A DNA stretch of 64,000 nucleotides from Wickerhamiella versatilis (GCA_030867685.1 JAQOWU010000008.1:1860001-1924000); one strand, 5' to 3'. Counted from the stretch's first letter, positions 22,541-32,950 are shown. Program-made: numbers and translations. The notes: generated from the letters alone by a model not told the origin.

Positions 22541-23416
22541 CTACTTACTTCCCTTAACAACACCTGATTCAGGAGCACGAAGTGCCCACTCAGACCAGGA
22601 TCCATCATATAACCTGGCTGGTGATTTAAGAAGCGGATCCAATGCCGCCTTTATAACACAAGCAGTCACTCCACTGCCACACATAACTATTGTGGTTAAT
22701 TCTGGATTAATACTTTTCTCTTTCAGGAGTTCCTTAATTTTTTCCGGTGACTTGAAGGTTCCGTGTTCCAAAACTGCAGGGAATGGTACGGAAACTGACC
22801 CTGGAATATGGCCACTCTTCATGCCCGGCCTCTGTTCGGGTGTCTCCCCTGTCCAACGTCCATGGGGACGGGCATCAAGTAGATTTACACTTTTACCATA
22901 ATCCCCACTGGCCAGCAGTTTGCTAATTTCCTCAAAATCGGCCACGGCGTACTCCTTGATGGCTTCTGAGTCCGCCTCTGCTGGGGTCTCGTAATGAACT
23001 GGAGATGGCTTCGATGGTTCACCATGCTCCAAGGCACCATTAAGCCGTTTATATTCCTCGTAATTATCGAGTAGATAAACCTCTGGATGCTTGAAAAGTC
23101 CAAATAGAAACATCGCTCGAGGAGCACTTAAGAATCCAGGCTTATCGTATAGAACAACAACATCATCGCGCTTTATTCCCAATGAGCCAACATAGCTGGC
23201 AAATATACTTGCAGTGGGCAACATGTGCGGATATGGCGATGGCACTTTAGGTGCATCCACACTAAAATAAGTAGCGTTGGCAATACGGTCCTTGACGAAC
23301 TCTGAGTAGCCAGCGCCACCATCTGGAGGATACCATGTGGCATCAAGAATTTTGACCGGACGCTGAAGCGCCAGTAAAGCTTCCGCACTTATCGTCCGGA
23401 TCCGAGGAACTGCCAT
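22541..23416 (-). CDS. TUM1: Thiosulfate/3-mercaptopyruvate sulfurtransferase (tandem rhodanese)
   Basis: ILDATWY, PHMLP, DARP.GR, SGHIPGS, CGSGVTAC active loop, YDGSWSEW; in-frame upstream ATG also at 23476. Confidence 0.95.
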   Translation of the reverse strand: MAVPRIRTISAEALLALQRPVKILDATWYPPDGGAGYSEFVKDRIANATYFSVDAPKVPSPYPHMLPTASIFASYVGSLGIKRDDVVVLYDKPGFLSAPRAMFLFGLFKHPEVYLLDNYEEYKRLNGALEHGEPSKPSPVHYETPAEADSEAIKEYAVADFEEISKLLASGDYGKSVNLLDARPHGRWTGETPEQRPGMKSGHIPGSVSVPFPAVLEHGTFKSPEKIKELLKEKSINPELTTIVMCGSGVTACVIKAALDPLLKSPARLYDGSWSEWALRAPESGVVKGSK

Positions 23417-23514
23417 GACGTAATATGGTATATAAGCTAAATTAAATAGAGGAGGTGGGAAATTCACCCGCCACATTTATGCAGAAAGCCATGGCCAGGC
23501 CACAAATACATGGC

Positions 23515-24999
23515 TTAGTCCATACTGTTAGCCTTTGGAGGGTCTGTTGATGATTTTGGACCGGTTATCCTTGAGCCTATAGACCAGCGCATGAATTTTA
23601 GAAACCGTTCTCCATATTCTGCAGCAGGAACCGCGGACAACTCCGACCGCTTATGCACAAATCCTTTACAGAATGTTTCAACCCGTTTCCTGAAGGTGTA
23701 CCCTGTGAGGAAATCAATAATTCCAACATAATATATGACGTCCAGCGTCTGATTGTTCTCGTCGGTGGACTGGTATCCGCAATGATCATGGTAAAAATAA
23801 AATTCCGAGCGGAAGTTATCCGCGAATGTAAACTCCGTTAATTTTTGAGGGTTCGTATGGGACAGAACTCGCTGTAGTTCTGCAAAGTCGCTCACATGTC
23901 TATTCTCTTCTGACCCTTCTCTACCAATTGGTCCGAACTCTTGAAGTCCTAGCAACCTGCCAAGAGCTGAGTTTCCACGTTTCATATCATGTATTCCTAC
24001 CAACAGCGAGTAATCCATAACATTGGCGCGCTCAAGCATTCGAACGTCAGATTCCAACTGTTTAAGTAAGTTTTCTCTCTTTTCAGGGCCAACGATTATT
24101 CTCTTGTGCTCTCGAAGCCAGTCCAGGTCCTTGTAGACTGTGACTGGCTTGGGATGCGAATCTTCGAGATAACTTCTGCCTAGAAGTGACCCCTTAAGGT
24201 CATACTTCTCGTGAATTTCATACAATGCTGGAAATACGTTGTTCATAACTAGAAAATGAATTTTTCGACCAAAAGGAAGTCTTACTCGATGGAGGCCATA
24301 GATTTGCGAGAGTAGGGTATTAGGATTGTTTTTTACATGATGATAATATTCATGCAGAATCTTGCGCAATTGCTTATGCTCCGCATGCCTGATTGTCTTG
24401 ATGACAAATCTATAATCACGCGAATAATAGAAAAAAGAACCACTCTTTCCCGGCGAGCCTAATTCGCTCACAATATACTTCGCCGTCAAAGACATTAAAT
24501 AGTCAGCAGGATCAAGTTTAAATATCTCGCGCAAATGGCGGAACACCCATGGCGCATAGTCCTTAAACCGGAAATCGTATTTTGAAGCAGCGGTAGTTCC
24601 AGTCCCACTTAAATCAAAACTCATCTCCTCCACTCTGTAAAAGTCAGAATCAGTTAAAGGGCGATCATTTTTTGCATTGCACCGCGACACAGCAACACGG
24701 ATACCCGTCAACATATTATATGCGGTCACAAAATTCTCATGTCCCTCGGAAACCCGGGTTCCCACCAGAACATCGTCAAGAGATTGTCTGTGCTGGCGCT
24801 TTACAGCCCTTGGCGGTGGCAATGGATTCGGTGCCTCGTCAGTACCCCTAATGACGGCCACTTCATCAGTTGTCTCAGTAGGCATCTGGGGCTTCTCCAC
24901 TTCCACATCTGTGTCTGTGCCTGATGTGTCACGTCGTTGCTCTGAAATGCTAGAGGAGCCTTCAGGAGTCACATATGGTTGCAGCTCTACTGACGCCAT
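23515..24999 (-). CDS. MSS4: Phosphatidylinositol-4-phosphate 5-kinase
   Basis: AYNMLTGIRVAVSRC, FKDYAPWVF, SPGKSGSFFY, YDLKGS, MDYSLLVG, GIID. Confidence 0.96.
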   Translation of the reverse strand: MASVELQPYVTPEGSSSISEQRRDTSGTDTDVEVEKPQMPTETTDEVAVIRGTDEAPNPLPPPRAVKRQHRQSLDDVLVGTRVSEGHENFVTAYNMLTGIRVAVSRCNAKNDRPLTDSDFYRVEEMSFDLSGTGTTAASKYDFRFKDYAPWVFRHLREIFKLDPADYLMSLTAKYIVSELGSPGKSGSFFYYSRDYRFVIKTIRHAEHKQLRKILHEYYHHVKNNPNTLLSQIYGLHRVRLPFGRKIHFLVMNNVFPALYEIHEKYDLKGSLLGRSYLEDSHPKPVTVYKDLDWLREHKRIIVGPEKRENLLKQLESDVRMLERANVMDYSLLVGIHDMKRGNSALGRLLGLQEFGPIGREGSEENRHVSDFAELQRVLSHTNPQKLTEFTFADNFRSEFYFYHDHCGYQSTDENNQTLDVIYYVGIIDFLTGYTFRKRVETFCKGFVHKRSELSAVPAAEYGERFLKFMRWSIGSRITGPKSSTDPPKANSMD

Positions 25000-25374
25000 C
25001 TCTTTTGCCGGGCGCTATTGACTCAAGCCTTTCGCAGATACCCCGTTAGTTAGCTTTAGCTGACTCAGATGGCCTTAGGGACCAGGTCGTATCCTCCCCG
25101 TCCCGTCATGTACCCTAGTCCGTTACATGGTGCAAGTAAAAAAAAAGATAATGGATTGTTCTAGCAAATAGAGGGAAAAGACTTCTTGTTCTTATTTCTA
25201 TGATAGAGTCATATCTAGAAGTTGCAGGGTGACAAAAATCTTTTTTTTTATCATTGGCTGCTTCTAACTATCCTTTATCAGTCACTAAGAAACGAATAAT
25301 TTAAGAAAAATTGAAAGGAACCTTAGAATCATTTGATTTAAGGAAGGCCTTTCAGCAAAAAGTCATATCTATAT

Positions 25375-28300
25375 TCATAAACCAGCTGACCGTGTTGACG
25401 ATGAGAACGTAGACCTGAGGTGCTCTGGGGCAACATTATTGCCAATCAATTCCACAACCAACTGGCGTCCTTCCATCCAGGGGTGTGCAAGTCCCAACCA
25501 AATGCCGTCAAAGTCACTCAACAGCCTAAGGTCTTTTCCAGTGATGATCTGGACTAATCTAGCTGGCCGCTGAGGGTCTGAGACCAAGCGAATCTCCACC
25601 ATTTCGGAAGATACTGCAATAACATAAGGAGGCATGTATGCCACATTTGTTGCTGGCGCTAGAAACCACGTAGGAACTCCAATGACATTGCCCTGAATGT
25701 CTGTAGATATGCAGCAGTGCTCGAATCCAATTAACAATCCTCCTTTCAACTTAGGGGTGACTGAGCGCACCGAACCCATAGCTTTCGTAGAAAACGGAAA
25801 CTCAGCAACAAAGTTGTAATCTATGGAAGCCCACTCAACGCCATTACTACGTGTATGAAGACATGCTCCTGTTGAGAAAGGAGTGAAGCCTACCACTGAA
25901 GATCCCACAGAAATACGATTAAATTCTCGGAAATAGTCAACACAGGCCTGTGGATTAAACGATGATGCGGTCTGTAAAGGTCGAGAACCGTGGGAGCGAA
26001 TCGGTTCCAAAAACTTTAGCAGGCCTGACTGTAAATAAATTACCACGGAACGCCCATTGCAGAAACCTGTATTTATGGAGAGGACACGCTTTTGTCTGTT
26101 AAGCCTATGCCCGAGTGTTCGGTGCTTGTCTCCTAAACCACGTGCAATAATTTGGTCCAGTGGATACCAAACAACATTCCCTTCTGTTACCAAAATTAGG
26201 CAATTGATTACCGGCAATAATTTTACCTGAGTGACACGAGGAAGGTCAATTACAGATTTCCATGTACCGGAGGTGGTGCCAAGCCATAATCCACCGTCAG
26301 TGCCGACAAGCATATATTCAGCACAAAGGTGTACACAATTGATGCGCCTTCGCAAAACAATTCTTTCTGTTCCTGCCTCATCAACACAACGTTGTAATCC
26401 TGTAGATGGAATTGGAACGGGTAGCCGCGGAGTATCTGCTTCAGGATATCCAAAAGCATCAGTAGTTTGGACCAAACGAAATGGCTCCGTTGATCTCGCA
26501 AATGCTGCGGCACAGCGGAGTCTTTTTGCTTCAATCAGTGAATCTATCCAAAGCTTTCTTTCCTGCTCAGATGTGGCGGCTAAGACATAAATGTCACCGG
26601 AAGATCCCAAATGCTTTATATGAAATGGCCACAGCTCCTCCTGGCGCGTCCTGTGAGATGCATCATCTACAGTCTCAATCACGAGTAAGTCCAGAGGGAT
26701 AGGCTGGCGCGTAATGTAAAAAGACGTGCCATTTTGACCTTCTCGAAGCTTACTGAGGATAAGGAAATGATCCAGAAGAAGCAAATGAACAGGAGTCCAC
26801 TCGATACGACCCTTTCTCTTGAGATCACCCCGTCTAATTAGTCTTCTACGTTTGTCAGTGAGACGGAGGTCTGCCATAACGTCATGGCTTTTAAAGACAA
26901 TTTGAGCCCTGAGGTTTTGTACATCAAGAGCTCGTTGCTGGGTAGCAATATGTTCATCACACAGCGTAGCAAGCCCATTGCAAGCTTTTTCAGCCTCCTT
27001 TATGTGTGACTCACTTCCTGCTTTATTGATAGCATGGAGCAGTAATTCGTACTTTGCCAAACGTGGCACAATTCGAGTGAAGAAAAAAGAGTGAGGCCGT
27101 CCACCTAGACGAGGATCATGGCTTGCCATATTCATCCACTCGGAGAACTTGCTCGAGCGAGCGAGCTCCTTTCGGAGATGGCCATCTGACCATAAGTAGT
27201 CATCGGCATATGCGGCATAGGTCTCTCGTGTAGTGGGCGAAGCGGCCCATTTTTCTACAATATCGCTCATAGCTCTAACCCATGGCCCTTGCTCTTGTTG
27301 ACGCCTTTGCAACTTTTTGAGAAATGGAACCTGAACACTTAAAACATTGCGAACGCGACCAAATACTCTTGCACAATACTCCGTTTGCTGTAGCATTACG
27401 CTTGGAATGACATTCTCCAGTGCACCATAAACATCAACAAAAATGCGGAGATCACGAACATAAGCTGCTTCACTGGTAACCAATTCATGCAGTGCATATT
27501 GCCTTTTAACCTCATCGCTTGGAGAAGGTGCAATTCCCCAGTAGGTCGCCCAGTCATCAGATTGCGAATCATTTGACTTAGATGAGCGTGAAACGGACGG
27601 TAATTCATATTGACAATGACAAGAGTAGCACCTATACGGCATAGTAGATTTTATAGGAGCATAGCATCCCGACCCTACCAATTCTGTCATTACACCTGTA
27701 ACTGATACTCGTGTGAGAGCCACAGTGTTTCCAATATTCTCAATGAATCCCTGATGCTGTAAAGACTTCACGGCTTGAATTGCTTGACTTTCAGCAGATG
27801 TCCAAGGAATGTTAGGAAGATGATAAGCTACGAGTTTAGCTAGTGCATCCTGAATACCCTGGATTTCCATATCAGTATCTGATGAAGCAAGAACGGTATG
27901 AAGCCATGATGAAATAGTAGACAGTGACCAAACATTCTTACAAGCGTCTAAATCTGCGACAGTGAGCTGCTCTGCACGAAATACCGGGCGAAACGCCTGC
28001 TCAGGAGGCAGCTGCGGCAAATTCAAGGGAAGTGATAGTGGCAAACTGGAAGTTTCCTCACCAGCGTCAATCGCAGGACTATGATCGTAGGCTGCTGGAG
28101 CTGGCACAGGCGGCAGCAGCTCAGGAGGAAACCATGGTACCTCCTCTGGGGTTAGCTCCGGCACATTATCGTCTATCGATGGGATATTAACCTCTGGGAA
28201 CGTAAGATGTGGAGGTACAGGCGGTGGTGGTGGACTCGGCGACATGTTCTCAGATGATCGTGGAAAAGGAAGGTCATTAACAGGATACGGAAGAGATACC

Positions 28301-28539
28301 GGATAAGGCAATCCTGAAGGGCTTTCGGGTACTGACGAAGGACTGAAAAGATTCGATAGACTTGCATCCTGTGTAGGATATGGCAGAGAGTCGTCGTTCG
28401 TAGGTATAGAAAGCGGTCTAGGCCCGACAGGCCGCGAAACATACTCACGCGGCTTGGCAGGTAATGGTGGTTTACCATCAAAACCTGGTATACCTGCTTG
28501 CCGCGACTCTATAGGTGGTGGACGCGGACCAGCAGGCAT
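25375..28539 (-). CDS. TUS1: Rho1 guanine nucleotide exchange factor (DH-PH-CNH), Tus1/Rgf3-like
   Basis: Pro-rich N-terminus with LPYP repeats, KRQYALHELVTSEAAYVRDL DH start, PRLAKYELLL, PH (LLLDHFLIL), CNH; first ATG at 28539. Confidence 0.8.
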   Translation of the reverse strand: MPAGPRPPPIESRQAGIPGFDGKPPLPAKPREYVSRPVGPRPLSIPTNDDSLPYPTQDASLSNLFSPSSVPESPSGLPYPVSLPYPVNDLPFPRSSENMSPSPPPPPVPPHLTFPEVNIPSIDDNVPELTPEEVPWFPPELLPPVPAPAAYDHSPAIDAGEETSSLPLSLPLNLPQLPPEQAFRPVFRAEQLTVADLDACKNVWSLSTISSWLHTVLASSDTDMEIQGIQDALAKLVAYHLPNIPWTSAESQAIQAVKSLQHQGFIENIGNTVALTRVSVTGVMTELVGSGCYAPIKSTMPYRCYSCHCQYELPSVSRSSKSNDSQSDDWATYWGIAPSPSDEVKRQYALHELVTSEAAYVRDLRIFVDVYGALENVIPSVMLQQTEYCARVFGRVRNVLSVQVPFLKKLQRRQQEQGPWVRAMSDIVEKWAASPTTRETYAAYADDYLWSDGHLRKELARSSKFSEWMNMASHDPRLGGRPHSFFFTRIVPRLAKYELLLHAINKAGSESHIKEAEKACNGLATLCDEHIATQQRALDVQNLRAQIVFKSHDVMADLRLTDKRRRLIRRGDLKRKGRIEWTPVHLLLLDHFLILSKLREGQNGTSFYITRQPIPLDLLVIETVDDASHRTRQEELWPFHIKHLGSSGDIYVLAATSEQERKLWIDSLIEAKRLRCAAAFARSTEPFRLVQTTDAFGYPEADTPRLPVPIPSTGLQRCVDEAGTERIVLRRRINCVHLCAEYMLVGTDGGLWLGTTSGTWKSVIDLPRVTQVKLLPVINCLILVTEGNVVWYPLDQIIARGLGDKHRTLGHRLNRQKRVLSINTGFCNGRSVVIYLQSGLLKFLEPIRSHGSRPLQTASSFNPQACVDYFREFNRISVGSSVVGFTPFSTGACLHTRSNGVEWASIDYNFVAEFPFSTKAMGSVRSVTPKLKGGLLIGFEHCCISTDIQGNVIGVPTWFLAPATNVAYMPPYVIAVSSEMVEIRLVSDPQRPARLVQIITGKDLRLLSDFDGIWLGLAHPWMEGRQLVVELIGNNVAPEHLRSTFSSSTRSAGL

Positions 28540-28569
28540 GGTGTCGTCGGGCACCAGGTTAGGGCTGGA

Positions 28570-29550
28570 ATGGTATCAGTCGATGAACTTGCAGATATCC
28601 TCTCACAGACAATCTTCAGTCTCCGGGGAAGCTTTGCACTTGTATTCTGTGCATGGTACTATCAGAAACTAGAATACTTAGCTCTCGCATGGACTACACT
28701 CATAAGTATAATTTACTTGTTGAGGTGTGTCAACTGTCGAATTGTATGGGGTAAAAAGCCGGAATATGATCCTAAGAAGGATGTCGTAATGGTTACTGGA
28801 TCATCAGGTGGTCTTGGACTTCTTATAACTGCACTTTTTGTTGACAGAGGGTTTAAGGTTGCTGCCGTGGATAATCGACCTGCACCGATAGATGTCTCGT
28901 CTAGCCAATTTTTGTGTGACGTTACCGACGAAAAACAAGTTCAAAAAGTGATCTTAGAGATTGAAAAAGAGTTCGGTTCGAAGCCCTTGATTTTGGTCTC
29001 TTGTGCCGGCGTGGCCATTGGAGGCACAGTCTTAAACACGGAGTCCGATGAAGTAAAAACTTGTATTGAGACTAATGTATTAGGCTCATTATGGGCCCTT
29101 CGCGCTGTCTTGCCGCACATGACAAGCAAGAAACGTGGTGCTGTTGTTGGTGTCTCGTCGTCTACCGCCTTAGCTTCACCAGCAGGAGCTGGCATTTATG
29201 CCGCTTCGAAAGCTGCAGTCCTGACATTTTACGAATCCCTGAGATATGAACTGCGGCATTCTGGCGTAAAAGTACTCTGTGCTGTTCCAGGACAACTAGA
29301 TACTCCTATGTTTGCCAGTATAAAGACACCCTCGCAGTTTTGGGCACCGGTATGTCCTGCCATTGATATTGCTGAAAAAATAGTGGACTCAATAATTCAA
29401 GGTCGCCAGGGACAGCTCGTTCATCCATTATATGTGCGACTATTGCCAATTATACTTGCGGTATTACCCACTGCTATAGTGGATCTCCTAAGGAGATTTT
29501 TTGGTATCGACCAGGCGATGCAAACTTGGAAGAAGACAAAGTTGCAGTAG
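28570..29550 (+). CDS. Short-chain dehydrogenase/reductase with N-terminal TM (Tda5-like)
   Basis: VTGSSGGLG Rossmann motif, YAASK catalytic motif, PGQLDTPMF; first ATG at 28570. Confidence 0.88.
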   Translation: MVSVDELADILSQTIFSLRGSFALVFCAWYYQKLEYLALAWTTLISIIYLLRCVNCRIVWGKKPEYDPKKDVVMVTGSSGGLGLLITALFVDRGFKVAAVDNRPAPIDVSSSQFLCDVTDEKQVQKVILEIEKEFGSKPLILVSCAGVAIGGTVLNTESDEVKTCIETNVLGSLWALRAVLPHMTSKKRGAVVGVSSSTALASPAGAGIYAASKAAVLTFYESLRYELRHSGVKVLCAVPGQLDTPMFASIKTPSQFWAPVCPAIDIAEKIVDSIIQGRQGQLVHPLYVRLLPIILAVLPTAIVDLLRRFFGIDQAMQTWKKTKLQ

Positions 29551-29601
29551 TATGGTAAATAATAGCCCTAATAACACTGATAATAAATATTCTATGAGAG
29601 A

Positions 29602-30330
29602 CTAATAGTCTATAGCCATAATTTCTACCATGCCGAGGCCTTGAGACGCATCCCGCACTAGCTCATCAATGTCTCTAAAATCAGAAGGATCTATCAGACC
29701 TACGATTTCAAAGTATTCGTTCTCCTTGTGCTCAGATTCAATGTTCATTCGTTCCCGTACCTGGTCCTCCCATGAGCTGAAGTTTTGGGCATCATCACTG
29801 ACTCTGATACGCATACGAGCCCTGACAATCGGAATAATTTGTGCCTCAGTCAGAAGCTTGATGGCCTCAAGCGCTTGGCCCTTTGCTGGCTTGCTTGTGT
29901 ATTGAAATGACAACATATTTAGGAGTTTTGCTATAATTGTAACAGGGTAAGGCCGTCCTGATCGAGGATTTACCGTTTTGGAGGCGATTATTTCTAAAAC
30001 AGAGGCATGTAGTCTCATTTGCTGCTGTTGACGTTCTTTATCACCCACCTGCAATTCGCCATTGTTGAGAATTTCTAAGACGACTTCGTCGACATTTGCC
30101 GTACCAAATCCCTCTTTCAAGGCTTCAGAGTTTGCCACTTCTCCTTTACCAACATTCACAAAGACCTGTGGTACTTGCACAACCTCGTCAATATCTTTTT
30201 CAATCCCTTTTCTCCAATCCTGTACTTTGTTCTGGTAACAAACCACCACAAAGGTTCTTTTACCCCGGCGAGACTTTACTTGTGAAACATTGGTGAATTT
30301 AATACTACCACTTGGCTGTTGAATCACCAT
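29602..30330 (-). CDS. SDO1: Ribosome maturation factor Sdo1 (SBDS)
   Basis: IQQPSGSIKFTNVS, CYQNKV, VFVNVGKG, VNPRSGRPYP, RARMR. Confidence 0.95.
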   Translation of the reverse strand: MVIQQPSGSIKFTNVSQVKSRRGKRTFVVVCYQNKVQDWRKGIEKDIDEVVQVPQVFVNVGKGEVANSEALKEGFGTANVDEVVLEILNNGELQVGDKERQQQQMRLHASVLEIIASKTVNPRSGRPYPVTIIAKLLNMLSFQYTSKPAKGQALEAIKLLTEAQIIPIVRARMRIRVSDDAQNFSSWEDQVRERMNIESEHKENEYFEIVGLIDPSDFRDIDELVRDASQGLGMVEIMAIDY

Positions 30331-30434
30331 TTGCAGTTAGTAGCGCTTCAGATTTTCCAGTCTATATCAGTCCTAACCCTCAACTTGATTAATAACTATA
30401 ACAAACTAACCAACTCAACACTACTTTTCTTACA

Positions 30435-31982
30435 ATGGATGCTTTTAGTGGTACGTTAGGCGAGTTGCTGGGCATCAAGCCACCGGGGGTTAGTGGTTCA
30501 CGTATTAGAAAACTTCGTGAATTCGCTCATTCCCATTTAAGTGATGCTCCGGAGATCGTCGACCGGGTGTGCACTCATGTTCGCACTTCCCCAACGACTC
30601 ATAAATTAGGCGCGTTGTATGTCGTAGATGCACTTGTACGTGCATATGATGAAGAAGAAAAACGTTCTGGAGATGAAAATGCTAGGCGTGGTCATGAGCT
30701 GTTTAAGAACGCTCTCCCGCAGTTAATGGAGGATGCTGCCATTCGGCAGCAGTCTTCAGATGTATTTGAGAAAATGCACAAGCTCCTCGATATTTGGCGG
30801 CGAGCAGGAACGTACTCAGATTCACAGCTTGACGAGATTGAGGATAAGTACTTTAAACAGCCACGGTCACAGACACCGCCTGGTAGCCCACCTAGTAGAC
30901 TGGGTGGGCTTCCGCCGACGCCACCAGCCCAAAAAGCACCCGATACAAATCAAGTACTGAGTATTCTACAGAATTTAGCCAAATCTAAGGCTCCTACTAC
31001 AGCTTCAGTATCCAGTGAACAGCCTGCGCCACCCCAGGCGCAGGCGGATAGTCAGAACCCACCCCAGCAGGGTGGTAGCTTTTTAGAAATGCTCATGGCT
31101 CAGTCTAAAGGAGAGAGAGGTAGAACAGCTACTCCTACAGGTGGTCGTGATTCATCACGGTCTCCTTCTAGGCAGGAAGGTGGAACTTCTCGTATTGGTA
31201 GTGCCGCGCATAATCTTAAGCATGATCCTGCACTTTTGCCCGATCGTATACGTGTTTTTAGTCGCACTTTATATGTTGGTAGCATACCCGATGGAATGCC
31301 TGAAGAGGAACTTAAAGCAATTTTGGAACAATATGTACCTGTCCAAAGTATTATATACCATCGCGAGAAGCGGCATGCGTTCGTGAAAGTTTTTACCCGT
31401 ACTGATGCTGAGAGCATCAAAAAGTCATTTGAACAACGCAACCGTGATGGAATTCCACCATTACTGCGTGTCCGTTGGGGCGTAGGATTTGGTCCTCGTG
31501 ATTGCTGTGATTATCAGAAGGGAGTGTCAGTAATTCCTATAGTGCGTTTGACCGATGCTGATGTTCGATGGGTCAAAACTGCTGAATATGGTGGAACTGG
31601 TGGCCAGTCGTTAGAAGGAGGGCAGGTAATGGAAGAACCAGATATTGAAATAGGTTCAGGTGTATCGTCTAAAGCAATGTCAAAGCGAACTGTGGCACCA
31701 CCAACACCAGCTATGCCAGGAGTTCCCCCAGCAGCAGGAGGGATGCCGATGATGGGTATGCCAGGAATGGGCATGCCGTTCCCTATGATGCCAATGGCAA
31801 ATGCGCCCGGGAGCCAGATGCCTTTCCCTATGATGATGCCAGGAATGCCAGGAATGCCAGCCATGCCTCCAAATACCGATATGCAATCGTTATTTAGCCA
31901 GATGGCGCAATCTCAGCAAGGTCAACAACAGCCGCAAAGCGGTAGTGGTGAGCGCACGCAAGACCCGCGTCGTGTATCTTAA
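30435..31982 (+). CDS. NRD1: CID + RRM RNA-binding termination factor Nrd1/Seb1
   Basis: KPPGVSGSRI, HKLGALYVVD CID; IRVFSRTLYVG RRM; RWGVGFGPRDCCDY. Confidence 0.93.
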   Translation: MDAFSGTLGELLGIKPPGVSGSRIRKLREFAHSHLSDAPEIVDRVCTHVRTSPTTHKLGALYVVDALVRAYDEEEKRSGDENARRGHELFKNALPQLMEDAAIRQQSSDVFEKMHKLLDIWRRAGTYSDSQLDEIEDKYFKQPRSQTPPGSPPSRLGGLPPTPPAQKAPDTNQVLSILQNLAKSKAPTTASVSSEQPAPPQAQADSQNPPQQGGSFLEMLMAQSKGERGRTATPTGGRDSSRSPSRQEGGTSRIGSAAHNLKHDPALLPDRIRVFSRTLYVGSIPDGMPEEELKAILEQYVPVQSIIYHREKRHAFVKVFTRTDAESIKKSFEQRNRDGIPPLLRVRWGVGFGPRDCCDYQKGVSVIPIVRLTDADVRWVKTAEYGGTGGQSLEGGQVMEEPDIEIGSGVSSKAMSKRTVAPPTPAMPGVPPAAGGMPMMGMPGMGMPFPMMPMANAPGSQMPFPMMMPGMPGMPAMPPNTDMQSLFSQMAQSQQGQQQPQSGSGERTQDPRRVS

Positions 31983-32167
31983 ATTCTATAAAACAAACTA
32001 GTTAGTATATGATATCCGTGTCTGCAGTACATATAAATTAAGTTGAAGTTTTTGCATAGCTTTTCCTAATTTGAGAGCCTATTGACTACTGCTACAAGAA
32101 AATAAAATCAGGTACAACCATAGAACCTGTGCAGGTACTCAGCCTGCGCTTCAGAGAAATATGTACA

Positions 32168-32872
32168 CTATAGGAGAGACTCAACCTTTTCATAATACTC
32201 AGGGGATACTGTATTTTTGATTTCGTCCTTAGAAAGCCACCGGAAGTCGCCTGAGTGAGGGGCAAACTTGCCATGAAGAACATGAGACTTGATAAGGAAT
32301 TCAGGGATACCTTTATCACGAAGAACAGCAGCTGGAGTATTAGAAACAGTCCAAGTGTTGATGTTCTCACCACCTAATTCACGAAGCCCACGTTCAGCGG
32401 CCTCATGCAATGATTCATTTGACTCTTGCACTTCGAATGATGGAAACCTCCATTCTTTCCCATCTGTGCATATTAAAAGAAATAGAGTTTTATCCAGTTT
32501 TCTTGCGAGAGTCTGTGGATTTTTATCAAGATCCTCCGTAACGCGGGGCTGAGGCGTAATAGCCTGATCTCTTTCACCTCTTGGAAGCGCCACATTCTGC
32601 TTGAATCTTCTCTCACGATCGTGATGAACATCAGGGATACCTCTAGGATACCATACACCAGCATGCCGAGGTACAGGGCCTCTTTGGAGATCATTAAATC
32701 TATGTTGGGCCAGTGTTCCACGCTTGAAGTAAAAATATGCCGGAAAAGTCCACATTAGGCGCTTTTCGAGTTCACTCATGTATTCATAGTACTTCTTCAG
32801 AAAAGTGGGTGGCTCAGGTGTAACAACAGGCACTCGGCTCAGGACAAGCCCTGCCCTTAGAGGCTTCGGCAT
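32168..32872 (-). CDS. MRPL17: Mitochondrial ribosomal protein mL46
   Basis: AGLVLSRVP, KRLMWTFPAYFYFKRG, LARKLDKTLFL, INTWTVSNTP. Confidence 0.92.
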   Translation of the reverse strand: MPKPLRAGLVLSRVPVVTPEPPTFLKKYYEYMSELEKRLMWTFPAYFYFKRGTLAQHRFNDLQRGPVPRHAGVWYPRGIPDVHHDRERRFKQNVALPRGERDQAITPQPRVTEDLDKNPQTLARKLDKTLFLLICTDGKEWRFPSFEVQESNESLHEAAERGLRELGGENINTWTVSNTPAAVLRDKGIPEFLIKSHVLHGKFAPHSGDFRWLSKDEIKNTVSPEYYEKVESLL

Positions 32873-32900
32873 AAGAAGTTCAGCTTAGTCAAAAATTCTA

Positions 32901-32950
32901 CAGATGGATACAGATGAATATAAATGAGTATAGATGAGTATAGATGAATA
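32901..32950. repeat. Degenerate 10-bp tandem repeat x5 (YARATGRRTA)
   Basis: cagatggata/cagatgaata/taaatgagta/tagatgagta/tagatgaata. Confidence 0.85.
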
